A stretch of DNA of 63,760 nt, counting the filler, from Reclinomonas americana ATCC 50394 (Eukaryota), in assembly GCA_048213135.1 (NCBI GenBank). It is 20 parts of 20 records of this genome, joined end to end, with 100 filler letters (N's around TTAATTAATTAA, not from the genome) between each part and the next. Parts side by side here need not be neighbours in the genome. Positions count along the whole stretch, not along the records: positions 1 to 2,320 come from AFZH01019466.1; positions 2,421 to 4,534 come from AFZH01019467.1; positions 4,635 to 10,236 come from AFZH01019468.1; positions 10,337 to 11,589 come from AFZH01019469.1; positions 11,690 to 14,737 come from AFZH01019470.1; 15 more parts are not named here. One strand, given 5' to 3'. Below the pieces are notes generated by a model that saw nothing but the letters and a program-made list of their open reading frames with translations, was not told the DNA's origin and made no database searches. A program made the position numbers and the translations under genes. Below, piece by piece: positions 1 to 12,084 of this stretch (position 1 is its first letter; the number at the start of each line of letters is the position of its first letter).

Positions 1-470
1 GGGGTGATTGGGTGAGAGAGCAATGAGTGAAGTATGACAGAGAAGGAGAGAGAGGAACACGCATCGTGGCCGAGAAAGAGACTCATGATCTCGAGGTGTG
101 ATTGAGTGAGAATGAGTGAAGTATGACAGAATGATAGGAACGTGCATCGCGATCGAGAAAGAGACTCACGAGAGGCGTGATTTAGAGTTAGAGCAAATAG
201 TGCAAGTATGGCAGAGAGGGAGGGAGAGAGAGGAACGTGCATCGCGATCGGGAAAGAGACTTATGATCTCGAGGGGTAGAGTTAGAGCAATGAGTGAATG
301 CATGCCAGAGAGAAGGTGAGAGAGGAACACACATCGCGATCAAGAAGAGACTCATGATCTCGAGGGGTAGAGTTTGAGCAAAGAGTGAATGCTTGACAGA
401 GAGAAGGAGAGAGAGGAACGTGCATCGCGATCGAGAAAGAGACTCATGAGCGCGACGAGTGATTGAGAGA
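1..470. repeat. Degenerate ~90-bp tandem repeat (about 5 copies) in an intron of the kinase gene
   Basis: Core AGGAAC(G/A)(T/C)GCATCGCGATCGAGAAAGAGACTCATGA recurs near 53, 136, 231, 323 and 414. Confidence 0.85.
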
Positions 471-569
471 GATAGAATGATGAATGCTTGACAGAGAGAG
501 AGAGAGAGAAGAGAGATAGAGAGCAATATGCAACGTCTCGTTCACGCCTGATCACCGTGTCTCGCGCAG

Positions 570-2000
570 GAGGTATTTGCAATGCAGCCACACTCCAAGG
601 CCGCCGACATGTGGAGTTGCGTGCTCCCCAAGCTGTGGAGTATCTCTTGTTCTCGCCTCTCATGCACCCCCACCGCAGGCTTCGGAGCACTGTTGTATTC
701 GATGTTGCGCGCTTTTCGCACCCTCTTCGCTTCTCTGTCCCTCCTCACCCAGTGCACGCTTGTCAGAATCACACGTCGCTTCCTCTTCGGCACCAAGGAC
801 GGTGCGGTCATTCGCCAACGCCTGTCAACACTGCTGCGGGAGCGCACTCTGCCCAACTTCCCCGACTTCAAGAAGAACAAGGCGTTTGAGGCATACTCAA
901 CTGACGTGCAAGATGTTGCGTGCACTCTCACTCAGCCGCCCTCTCCGCCCCATCTCACCCACTTTTCCTGCCGGCAGTTGATTTCTCGCTGCTTGCAAGT
1001 GGACCCTGCAAAGCGACCAACTGCAGAGCAAGGCACGGCCTCTTGATGTTGTTGTCTCTCTCTCTCTCTCTCTCTCGTGCTCGCCACTCACCTCCATGCA
1101 GCCCTCATGCACCCGTGGATCACGGGTGGTGGCATTATCGACCAGTCGCCACTGGTGGACGTCAACATGATTGTCGACACTCTCCGATCATTCGCGGGCT
1201 CACGAAGCCCGCGACACGGTCCCGTGGTCACCATGTCGCGGCTGGTCAGCGGTGACTTTCGTGCAGTGACACGCCACATTCTCGACTCGGTGAGCACCGA
1301 TGATGAGGCGCGAACTCGTGCGGTGGTCGAGGATGTGTATGGTGCGGTGGTTGCTTGCTCGCTTCGAGGAAATCGAGGTGGCTGACTTGTGGCTCTCTCC
1401 GCAGATTCCATCGGCATTCACACTGTCTACGCTGGCTTGCGCGATCCGAGCTCACGGCGTCAAGCCGCCCTCGTGCTGATGAATTTGTGCAGCAATGGTA
1501 CGCTTGCTTCTCTCCCTTCATCCATCCTCGCACAACCACGCTGACGATTATTGCAGTTCACGGACGGCAGGTGGTGGCCGAATCGGGTGGCATTCGCCAA
1601 GTGGTACTCTTTCTCATCTCTTGCTGCATGTTTTCTCGTCGCTCATATCGTTTCGTAGGTGCAAAGCCTGTGCGATCTGCACCGCACGCGTGCCACCCAC
1701 GAGTGCGATGCAGACTCCAAGTACCTGCTGCTGCAGGCCATTGGAGCCTTGTGCTGCGACGGTGCGCTTCTGTGTTTCTCGAACGAATCATCAGAGTCGA
1801 GAAAGAGAGTGAGAGAGACAAGTGAGAAGAGAGTGTGTGTGAGAGAGAGAGAGACAAGCAAGACTGCGCACACCTCACGTCTCTGCACACGCAGTCTCTA
1901 CGACAACTGACATGATTCCATGTGTGCGCAGCATCGTGCGCCCGACAGGTGGTTACTGTCGGCGGGTTGAAGGCGCTCCTTCCGCTTGCGCTGGACCCGC
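570..2000 (+). CDS. Ser/Thr protein kinase (C-lobe) followed by an armadillo-like helical region; both ends lie outside the readable sequence
   Basis: Exons 570-615, 679-703, 767-914, 978-1032, 1102-1341, 1405-1497, 1557-1603, 1659-~1761 splice to KAADMWSFGALLYSIITRRFLFG ... DLISRCLQVDPAKRPTAEQALMHPW (subdomains IX-XI), then QAALVLMNLCSN..VAESGGIRQVVQSL and VGGLKALLPL (ARM-like). Confidence 0.8.
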
Positions 2001-2320
2001 CGTACGTCGGCGCTCGTGTTCTTGTTGAGATCGCTGCATTATGTGAGTCTGCATATATCGTTTTCCGTATTTTCTCTCGTTCATGCTCGACCCAAGACCA
2101 TTCTTACCCAGTGAGAAACTTTCTGACCTTTTTCAACCTTGCTGTTCCATTCCTTTCCTCTCCGATTTCTCACTCCCTTTCCGGTTGGCTCCATCCCTTC
2201 CCTTCATCCCCCTTTCCCCTTCCCCTTTCCCCTTCCCCTTTCCCCCTTCCCCTTCCCCTTTCCCCCTTCCCCTTCCCCCTTTCCCCTTCCCCCTTCCCCC
2301 TTTCCCCCTTCCCCTTCCCC

Positions 2321-2420
2321 NNNNNNNNNNNNNNNNNNNNNNNNNNNNNNNNNNNNNNNNNNNNTTAATTAATTAANNNNNNNNNNNNNNNNNNNNNNNN
2401 NNNNNNNNNNNNNNNNNNNN
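2321..2420. other. Assembly spacer N44-TTAATTAATTAA-N44 (first of 19; others start at 4535, 10237, 11590, 14738, 17140, 19308, 26015, 27269, 32031, 37430, 40832, 50633, 53272, 54913, 56444, 59104, 60842, 62581)
   Basis: Identical 100-nt block with stops in all six frames; genes continue across spacers in the expected order, so they behave as scaffold gaps. Confidence 0.97.
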
Positions 2421-2808
2421 GGCGGACGACAGCGTGGAGGTTTGTTGTGGGGTTTGCTACGCACATGCACACGCTCGGCTTCTAACCCGTGCCGAGTGCA
2501 GGTTGATTTTATTCTGCACGGGCGGAGCGCCTCCCTGGCGGGCAGCAGTGGCAGTTGCCGCTGTTGCATTCCGCGTGTTGGCGGAGTCGATTTTGTGGGG
2601 CGTGTGACGCTGGAGCCGAATACCACCGTGCGCGTCAACACCGGTCAGCAGCCGTATCGTTGGAGGTGAGAGGCTGTGAAGAAGGGGGAAGACAGGAGCT
2701 GTTCTCTTCTGCATACTGATTCGTTGTCATTGCGAAGTGCGTCGGTGCCGATGTGATTAGAGGTGGTGGAGTGGTTCAAAAATGACGGGACTATCGATGT
2801 ATTTCGTC

Positions 2809-3759
2809 TCACATGCTGGGCCACGAGTCCAGCACATCGGGTGGTTCGAACAGCACATTTGATCCCCACTCTTCATGCACACCAGATTCCCCGCTCAGTG
2901 TCGGGAAGGGAGTGGCCCAGCAATTAGGAGTGGTCAGTGAAGGCGGCTGCAATGATTGGAGATAGTGGTCTGCATGTGGTTGCTGTGCTTGCTCTGGTAG
3001 TTGAGGCAGCGGTACCGGTGGCAGTAGTGGCTGTGACAATTGCAATGGTGGCTGTGACAATGGCACAGACGTCGGCAACATCGTTGGTGGCGGTGGCGGT
3101 GGCGGTGATGGCATCGATACAGCTGATTGCGGCCGCGGAGCTCGCTGTGGCGGAGTGGAGCTGCTACGCGCAACCGGTGATACATCGAGAGCCGGCAGCC
3201 AGTCTGCGAGCGTGGGTAGAGCGTGTGAGTGCACGGAACTGCATAGGACTGCTCACGCGCGAAGAGTACCGTCATCGTCTTCGAGCCAGTCGGTGAGAAG
3301 GAGAACACTATCGGTCCATGTCTTGTTGGTCTTCTTGGCATGCTCCGTCATGACTTTGCGGCACTCCGCCCACAGCCGGTCGACAATGGTGGCAAAGAAC
3401 TCCTTCCGCGCCTCACTGTGCTCACCCAATAAACAACAAGTCAGTCGCCGAGTGTCTACTGCCAAAAACAGCTCCGGAACAAACCAGCAAAAGTCCAGCT
3501 GGTCGAGTTCTTTCTTGATCTTCTTTGCCCGGCGCGTCGAAATGCTGCAGCCGAGTGCCTCGACTGGCTCCCTGCTGGAACCGCACAAACAGCCGGCCGG
3601 AAGCACCGCCGAGTCGGTGAACAGCTGCACCCTCACCATCTGTGTAATAAGCTTGATTTTCAGTCGCCGTTTCGAGCGGAAGCCGTTGGAGGGCGTCCGC
3701 GGCGCCTTCCTGCTGCCTGCCTTAGCCAATGATGATGACGCATCGTCGCGCCTCGTCAT
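2809..3759 (-). CDS. Hypothetical protein, probably spliced, with Pro/Gln-rich C-terminal part
   Basis: ORFs 3253-3759 and 2809-3234 have coding-like composition (RRAKKIKKELDQLDF, RKEFFATIVDRLWAECRKV); no family recognised. Confidence 0.35.
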
Positions 3760-3853
3760 GTCAATAGCGCACTGCGGCGACAGAGAGATTCTTAGTCAAA
3801 CGACTCTCTCACTCAAGATGCACAGTCTCACGCGTCTAGCTGATTGTCAGAGG

Positions 3854-3890
<37 letters not shown>

Positions 3891-5233
3891 AAACGTAGTA
3901 CACTGCAAAGAGCCTCCTGTATTTCAATATAGTGTCACTGCGTATCATATGCTATATTGCATGTGCGAACATCACAAGTGCGTCCCCCTGTGCCCACCAC
4001 ACGCACACGCTGGCACCTCTCTCTCACTCTCTCTCACACGCACACTGACACTCACCTTTGCAAACGCTGGGTACCGATCCGCCAAGTGCACTGCGCGCTC
4101 CGGTAACCGCATCGCCGGGGTGACCTCATCCTGCCGCACATTGTGCAGCAGCAGCATCGTCACCATGTTAAACATGTTGCGTGCAATGTACCACAGCAGC
4201 GCTCTGTCGGGCGCCACGGTGCCCAGCAGCTGCAGTCGACGCAGCATTGCTTGCACCACGGCCTCGTGTTCCGCCTGCCAGGCGGACAAAGATGCAGAGC
4301 ATGGTGGCGAGTGGTTAATGTGTGTGGTGGTCGTTGTAGAGAGTGCGTGCATTGCTGCTCTCCTCTCCTGTGCTCCCCCCTCCCTCTCTCTCACGATGGC
4401 CGGCAAAATCAAAATGCTGTCACTTTTTGTCCGTTTTTGTATGCATCATCACCTCATACCCGGCAATGTGCCTCGTTTTGGACCACGAAGTCGCTCTCCT
4501 CCCTCTCTCGAGATGATGCCTCTCCCTGCTGCTTNNNNNNNNNNNNNNNNNNNNNNNNNNNNNNNNNNNNNNNNNNNNTTAATTAATTAANNNNNNNNNN
4601 NNNNNNNNNNNNNNNNNNNNNNNNNNNNNNNNNNGAGAGAGAGAGAGAGAGGCTGGGAAGAAGGCAGCGATGCAAGGATCAATAAACGAGGACATGGCCT
4701 CCTAATTTGCATGAACATGCAAAACAGGCAACGCACATGAGAAACACAGAATGGAAAGAGAGAGAGCGCAGGTGGGGGAGTGGGAGGCAGCGAGGGGCGG
4801 AGGGGACCGAAAGCAAGAATGAGAATAAAGGACATGGCCTCCTAGTATGCATGAAACATGCAAAACAGGGAATAGGTGACGCGGAAGAAAGGACACGCAG
4901 CGGGGAGAATGATGGCGGCTCACACGCGCCCTCAGAAAACTCCACGAAGAAAACCATGGCATCCACGCCACTGCATCTGACCGAACACGCAGGATAAAAG
5001 TGAAACGAGGGAGAGTGGAAGAAATGCAACCCAACGGAGGAGCACCCGAGTGAGAGTGAGAGGAGGAGGAGAAGGGAGACGGAGAGAAATGAATCGGGGT
5101 CAAGTGGAAAATGGACGCTGGCACATGGACATGGCACACCGCCCCACAAATACGACACTCTTTGAAATATCCTACCCGCTCTCACCTCCCACCCACGCAA
5201 CACACCTGCAGCACGAGTGGCTCATTCATTCTC

Positions 5234-7443
5234 TCACCGCCTCCTTGTCAGGTGGCAGATGGACATGACGGCGGCGGCGGCGCCGTTGAGCTTGACCAGA
5301 TCGGGGAATCGTGCCGCGAGGGTCTCTGCTGCCCTCCGCAAGCTATCGTCGTGGTGGGTGGCGGCCACTGTGCACGAAGAAAAATAAATAAGCCAGTCAG
5401 CTTGATTTTCTGGTGTGGCAGGGAAGCCTTTACCTCGTGGATACAACTGGACGGAAGCAGAGGCAACGCCGATAGTGGAGACAGAGATGGTCCAGCGCAG
5501 CACAAAGTTCATGCTGTGGGAGAGGCGAAGGTGAGGGCAAAAGGAGAGAGCGAGAGAGAGAATTGGAGGAAGGAGATTGGGAGGAAGAAGAGGATGAGCA
5601 CGTTGATGACGCAGCAAGAGCCAAGTACACTCTCTTCTTCCTGGAGAGGAAGAAGTGCACAAGGAAAAGAGAGGAAAGGAGGTGGAGACAAGCACGATGA
5701 AAGAGAGAGTGACAGATACACGCTTTACTCTGTACCACGCTCAGGTGTGCAAACTGGAAGAGCAGGAGAGAGAAACGTACCTCCAAAGATCTCGAAGCAC
5801 GAGCACAACGAGGAACAGAGAAACAGACGCATCCCTGACAAGAACCCGCACGCTTACCTCCTCGGAAGGACGGGGAGGAAGGAGAAAGGCAACACCTCAA
5901 GTCACTCGAAGCACGAGCAGAAAGAGGTGCTTTGCAGCAGAAAAGGCACAAGTTCTCGCCCCCCTCCCCCGCTTACTTGGAAACATGCACACCTTCTTTC
6001 TCGAAGAGATGAGGAGGAAGAAAGGCCCCAACACTCAAGCCTCTCCAAGTACGAGCACAAACAGAGAAAACAGACACAAACAATCGCGCCCACACCCTGC
6101 TGACTTGAAGCACGCACACCTTCTTCTTCTTGGAGCAGAAAGCGCCTCCAACACAGCCCAAGTACGAGCACAACCAGAGTACAAGACACAAACTATCGCG
6201 CCCACTCCCTCGCTCACTTGGAAACATGCACACCTTCTTTCTCGAAGGGATAAGGAGGAGGAAAGGCGCGCTACTCAAGCCTCTGCAAGCACGAACACAA
6301 AAAGGGACTGCCACACTTTCCCGCCCACTCACACCTCGCCCCACCGCGCTGACTCGGAGCACTCGAGAAGGATAAAGACAGAACTGAAACCTCTTCACAC
6401 AAGAGCACACACATCCACTCGTTCAGTCGCGCTGACTTTTCCTCAGAAGGACAAGGAAGAGGAAGAAGAATGGCGCCTTCAGTCAAGCCTCTCCAGCAAA
6501 GTGCCAAACGAAGGACAGAGAAACACGAGTGAGAACACCTTCTCGCGCAGACCATCCCTCGGAAGAACGACAGCAAACATGCAGGCAAGCCTCCAAAATC
6601 ACAGAGAAGGGAAACAAAACAAAACAAAACAACACACGCACACACACATACCACTTCCTCTCTCCTACAGACATGAAGCAGCAAACCCTCTCACAAGAAG
6701 CAGGAGACGAGATTCAATCAATCCTCGCCCCCTTTCCCTCCCCCGTCTCCCCTTTCCCTCCTTACTCACCCGCCACCCATCTCCAACCACACCACCTGTG
6801 CATTCTCCGACCTGCGCCTCACCCCCCTCCCAAACTCCTCCTCCAACTCGCGCACCGCCTCACGCCGCTCCCTCGACAACACCGCAAACGACGCCAGTCC
6901 CCGCACCAACACCCGCACATCACGCGCACGCACACACTCGCCCAGAAAGCTCCCAATCTCCTCGCGCACCCACGCAGGCACTCGCACGCGCACTCCCAAC
7001 ACCCGCTCCCTCCGCTCATCAGTTTCCACGGCCACGCAAAAGCACACGTGTTTACGGTCGGCTTTACAGTGGCCAGCAGCCTCCAACACTCTGTGCAGAG
7101 TCGTGTTGCTCCCTCCTCCTCCGCCAGTCAGTGAGGAGCGCACGCGATGCAACTCAATGTCTCCAATGAGCTCGCTCAGTCCAATCAGTGATAGATCGTC
7201 TTTGTCAGAGGAGGAGAAGTCCTCTTTCTCTTGCACAGGTGGAGCAGTCTGTGTGAGTGCGTTGGCACGCAGCAGAGCAGCACTGTTGAACGACCAATGA
7301 GCACACGTGAGCACAACATTCTCTCTCTCACACACACGCGCGCGCAACTCCAGCTTTTCCCACTCTGCCTCTTGTGCCTCCAACGCACGCACTTCCTCTC
7401 GCAAAGTCGCCACTCGTTGACGCTCTTGCTCAACACGAAGCAT
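5234..7443 (-). CDS. CENPP: Centromere protein P-like kinetochore (CCAN) subunit: coiled coil plus tandem RWD region
   Basis: Exons 7443-7349, 7282-6770, 5513-5434, 5367-5234. N-terminal coiled coil (VATLREEVRALEAQ); EIGSFLGECVRARDVRVLVRGLASFAVLSRERREAVREL; FVLRWTISVSTIGVASASVQL; FPDLVKLNGAAAAVMSI follow the CENP-P pattern as I recall it. Confidence 0.7.
5790..6300. repeat. Degenerate ~120-bp tandem repeat inside CENP-P intron 2
   Basis: ACTTG(G/A)AA(A/G)CA(T/C)GCACACCTTCTT and CAAGTACGAGCACAA recur near 5975, 6103, 6216 and 6046, 6159. Confidence 0.7.
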
Positions 7444-7476
7444 ATCGTTTTTCTTTACACTATCTTTCTTACACAA

Positions 7477-9994
7477 TCAATCGCTGGAGGAGGACATGAC
7501 AGGTGTTGTCTCGTCACTGTCGACGTTCTCCGGTGTGGCCACGAATTGCAGCACTGTGTGTGTGCAAAGGTACAAAGTAAGCGCCTTTTCTTATTTGCCT
7601 GTGACAGCAGAAACCGCAACTGTCCGCGTGCATGGCCAGTAATCTCGCCTCCTCGCGTACAAAGCACCGAAGTACAAGTCGTGGCAGTGGTTCTCCGTTT
7701 TGCTCGTCGTCGTCGTCGTCGGTGTACCCGAGGTTGGCTGGTGGTGCTGCAGCTGTGCGACATCGTGTGTCTGGGGTGGTCGTCGTCAACTGTGCGAGAG
7801 CGTCGACTGCGCGACTGGCCGACAGCCATTCTTGTCGGCTGCACCATGCGGGGTTCCACTCTGTGTTGGAGTGCGTGCGGTGGCGTGAGCAGAAGCAGCC
7901 CATGTCGTTGTCGGCGCCCGCGGAGAAAAAAGAGCACGGATAGAAACACACGCGGACCTTGGCCCCACACGCGGAGTGTGGTATCGAATGATACGCTGAC
8001 GATTCGTCCGTCGCCCAGGAACGCGGCCGCGTAAGCCGGGCCAAAGTGCACGCCGAGAGCCACCATGAGGCGGCCACTGGCCACGTTGAACACGCGAACT
8101 AGGCCGTCTGCGGCAAGTAATGAGGAGAAGGAAAGGAGGAGGTATGAGAGAGAAAGAGGAATGAGGAAGAGGAGGAGAGATAGACGAGCACGAGAAGGAG
8201 AGCTTGAGGAGAGCGAGGATGAGAAAAGAGGAGAACGAGGAAGAGGTGCAAAAGGAAGAGGAAAACGACGAGAAGAACAGGAGGTTGAGAACAGGAGAAG
8301 GCAAAGAAACGCAACAGCGACAGAAGAAGTGAAGCAGCAGAGCGCATAAGAAGAGAAGATGATCAAGGGGGACAGGAAAAATAGAAGAAAAACAAGAAGA
8401 GAAGGAGACGGAGAACGAAGAGGAGAAAAAGGAGAAACAGAATAAGAAACCAAGAGAACGAGAAGAGAGGAGAGGGGAACGAGAACAGGAGGAGGAGAAA
8501 AAACAGGAAAACTATGAATGGCCAAGCGGCGACACAAATGAGAGATAAAGCAGAGAGCAAACAGGTGGTGAGACTAAGAAGAGTCAGAAGAAATGAAAGA
8601 ATAACCCCGAGGAAAAGGCGACGGAGGAGAAAGTCAACGAGCAGATAAGGGAGACGAGGGGAATGGTGAGCCTAAGAAGAGGAGGAGGAGGAAGAAAAGA
8701 ACATGAGAGAGATCAGAAGCAGCAGTGACACAAACGAGAGATGGAGCAGCAAGCAAAACAGAGAGAGAGAGAGAGAGAGAAAGAAAGAGAGAAGTAAAGA
8801 CAGAGAAGGAGCAGTGTGAAAAGAGAGAAGACAAGTCAAGGAGGACGCAGGTCGGAATGAAAGAATAAACCCGCCTGCAAGGGAGGCCACGGAGAAGAGG
8901 ATGAGTCAAAGAGCAGGAAAAGGAGGAAAGCAGATGAGAGAAGAGGCGACGAAGGTAGAATGCAACACGGAGAAAGCGCGAAAAGAAAAGAGACAAGCCT
9001 GACGGAAAAGATTCCATTCCTCGCGCTCCATCTTCATCTGTCCCCTTATTCTTCCCTCTTTCCCCCCTTTCCCCTCCACCCCCTCCTCACCCCACGCCGC
9101 ACTCGTCACCAACGCCCCATCCACGGAAAACGACATCGAACTGACCACCGCCGTCGCCGGATCCTGCACCCTGCGCTGCCTCACAATCTTACACTGACTA
9201 TCGTCGCCGTCCTCGTCGGAGAGCGACCACCACTGCACGGTGCCATCGCGCTGCCCCGTGATCAACGTATCGGTGTGTGGAGCCGGCGCCAGGGCCAGGG
9301 CCGACACTGCGGAAGCGGGCGACGACGACGACGACGAGTCCACGCGCAACACGCGCACGCACTCACCACTCACCAGTGACCACCACCGCAACGTGCAATC
9401 ATCCGACGCGCTAATCACCTGCGCGCGCTGCTCGACCACCACCAGTGCCCGCACAGGTCCCTCGTGTCCCTCCATCACATGCACCGCGTTGCCAGTGGCC
9501 GCATCCCATACACGCACCGTCCGATCGCCCGATCCCGACACCACCATTCCCAACAATGACGATGATGATGCGGCCAGTGCAGACACATACGACGAATGCC
9601 CATACGCGCACCACACACTCTCCTGCGCAGACGACGAGGCCAGATCCCATAGCTGCACACTGAAATCACTGACATCGAGGACTCCACCACTGCCCGACAC
9701 CAATCGCCACTCGTCCACAAAGAGCACGCGCAGCACAGGCGCAGTCAACGAGGCACGAAAGGAGTGTGTCAACTCCACACACGGATGCAGCTCATCAGTG
9801 TCGTCGCTGTCGGTGACCTGGAACACGCGAATGATGCCATCAGAGCTGCATGTGGCGATGCGGTTGTCACACGTGGAGACCCATGTCACCGGCTGTGTGT
9901 GTGTCTCGTCGACGGCGAGCATGGTGCCTTGTGAGCGAAGGATGGTGGTGCTGCCTGAAGGGCCGATGGTGGTGGTGATGATGGAGCGCCACAT
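7477..9994 (-). CDS. WD40-repeat protein with a short helical C-terminal domain
   Basis: Exons 9994-9091, 8107-7958, ~7860-7621, ~7553-7477. Repeats such as GHSSYVSALAAS..VVSGSGDRTVRVWD and GHEGPVRAL..VISASDDCTLRWWS; tail LPRLVLRCFVREEARLL; TGA at 7479-7477. Confidence 0.85.
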
Positions 9995-10058
9995 GGGGAG
10001 GAGGGAAGAGAAGGACGAGAGCGGGACACTCAATCAATCTGTAGTGTCACTGCACGCA

Positions 10059-10128
<70 letters not shown>

Positions 10129-10413
10129 CTCGCGAGACGTACTATCACGACTATCTACCTACCCTTCCCCTTCCCCTCCTACACTACGTAGTCGACGTAC
10201 GTTACGGTAAGGTTAAGGTTAAGTTGGTTGTTCGGTNNNNNNNNNNNNNNNNNNNNNNNNNNNNNNNNNNNNNNNNNNNNTTAATTAATTAANNNNNNNN
10301 NNNNNNNNNNNNNNNNNNNNNNNNNNNNNNNNNNNNAGGAGAGGAAGGACGGAAGAGACGGCGGACGACCGAACTACTAACTACTACGTAGTAGTCGTAC
10401 TACGACCAACGAC

Positions 10414-10484
<71 letters not shown>

Positions 10485-10504
10485 CTTCTGCAGAGTCATT
10501 CAGC

Positions 10505-11589
10505 ATGTCACTTCCTCCCCTCCTTCCATCGATGCAGTTCGAGTGGGTAAAATGGTTGTTGTGGTCTGTTGCCATAACCCCAGACGGGCAATACGTCATC
10601 GGCGGAAGTGCAGGTAACTCATTGCCAGTTTGCTGTCTGAGGAGCCGAAGAGAAGTGCGGCGACTGGAAGGGCACACTGGACAGGTGTATTGTGTCGCCG
10701 TCACTCCCGATGATAAGCACGTCATCAGCGCGAGTGCAGACTTCACTCTGCGAGTGTGGTCTGTGGAGAGTGGTGAGGAGGTGCGACGGCTGGAGGGACA
10801 CACAATGAGAGTTTACTGTGTCGCGGTCACCCCCGACGGCACACATGCCGTGAGTGGTAGAGGTGACGAGACAGTGCGATTGTGGTCTCTGGCCACTGGC
10901 GATGAAGTTCGACAGATGAAGGGGCACTCTTATGGTGTACATGTGTTGTCTGTTGCCGTCACTCCCGATGGTCGGCACGTTGTCAGTGGAGGTACAGACG
11001 AGACGGTGCGTGTGTGGTCACTGGCGAGTGGAGAGGAGGTGCGAAGGATGAGAGGGCACACTTGGCATGTTCAGTCTGTCTCGGTCGCTCCCGACGGTCG
11101 GCACGTTGTGAGTGGGAGTTCAGACAAGACAATCCGACTGTGGTCGCTGACGAGTGGAAGGGAAGTGCGAAGGCTGGATGGACACACTGAAGAAGTGCTA
11201 TCCGTCACCGTCACCCCCGATGGCCAGCATGTTGTGAGCGGGAGCCGGGACTGCACAGTGCGGGTGTGGTCACTGGCTAGCGGAGAGGAGGTGCGAAGGC
11301 TGGACACGCAGAACGGGTGGGTGGCATCGATTGCCGTCACTCCTGACGGCCAGCACATTGTGGGTGCGGCCAACGAAGCCTCCGGCACTGTGGCCATCCG
11401 AGTGTGGTCGACGCCGTGTGGTGCCACCCGTCTCGAACTGCACACTGCTCGCTCTGCGCTTCATGCCGTGCAGGAGATGCAGCGCACACTGATGGCTGAC
11501 GATGAGGTGGATTCGCGTTGCCTGCCAGAGATGGTACTGCGGTGCTTTATCGTGGAGGACGCGGAAGTTGTGGTCTACCGATGTGTCAG
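10505..11589 (+). CDS. Intronless WD40-repeat protein with highly similar repeats; 3' end lost in gap
   Basis: About 7 repeats of type LEGHT..V..VAVTPDG.HVVSGS.D.TVRVWSL.SGEEVRR; tail LPEMVLRCFIVEDAEVV. Confidence 0.92.
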
Positions 11590-11690
11590 NNNNNNNNNNN
11601 NNNNNNNNNNNNNNNNNNNNNNNNNNNNNNNNNTTAATTAATTAANNNNNNNNNNNNNNNNNNNNNNNNNNNNNNNNNNNNNNNNNNNNT

Positions 11691-11817
11691 TGAGAGAGCA
11701 CGGCAATGCGCGTCACTCGTGATCAGTGCATTCGCGCAACGTGCATGCAAACTGTATCGATATCAATGCACATCAGTTTCGACGATATGCAGCACCACTG
11801 CTTACACTGCATGACCA
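11691..11817. repeat. Direct-repeat segment, copy 1 (copy 2 at 14839-14948)
   Basis: TGAGAGAGCACGGCAATGCGCGTCACTCGTGATCAGTGCATT ... ATATCAATGCACATCAGTTTCGACGATATGCAGCACCACTGCTTACACTGCATGACCA at both sites. Confidence 0.92.
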
Positions 11818-12084
11818 GTGGATAGCCCCTGTCGTCTGCTTGATGCAACCACTTGCACAGAATATTGCCGAATTCGGAAGTCGATATTGCGATATCGATT
11901 GGTCGGGATCGCATGCGACGTTGCGCTGCATTCGGTGCTTCCCTCACAATCGCTCATCGTTGCGACTACTGAGAAGCAGCGACCTGTACCGAAGCACGGC
12001 GTCTGCGAACACTCGAGTAAAACTGGTCGCTCTCACTTTACACAACGGGTTGTCATGGTGGGACGACACTCCTCCGCGGCTGTG

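Noticed and set aside
582..1046. Several stop-free introns with length a multiple of three (63, 63, 63 nt here; also 20687, 7348, 5433, 24268, 25611)
   Set aside because: About a dozen among several dozen short GC-rich introns is not clearly above chance; needs a genome-wide count
2195..2320. (TTCCCC)n tract resembling a telomeric repeat
   Set aside because: Irregular, and similar tracts occur in many intron polypyrimidine regions (21590, 23825, 41900)
2365..2376. TTAATTAATTAA palindrome repeated 19 times
   Set aside because: Always centred in N runs of fixed length: an artificial six-frame-stop spacer
5111..8537. Long ORFs such as 5655-7169, 5111-6103, 19498-20616, 48947-49879
   Set aside because: Low-complexity translations of microsatellite-rich introns or antisense shadows of real genes
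10135..10415. Odd TACG-rich strings at contig ends (also 17040-17139, 37370-37385)
   Set aside because: They follow microsatellites, abut gaps and cycle through T-A-C-G, typical of pyrosequencing read-end noise
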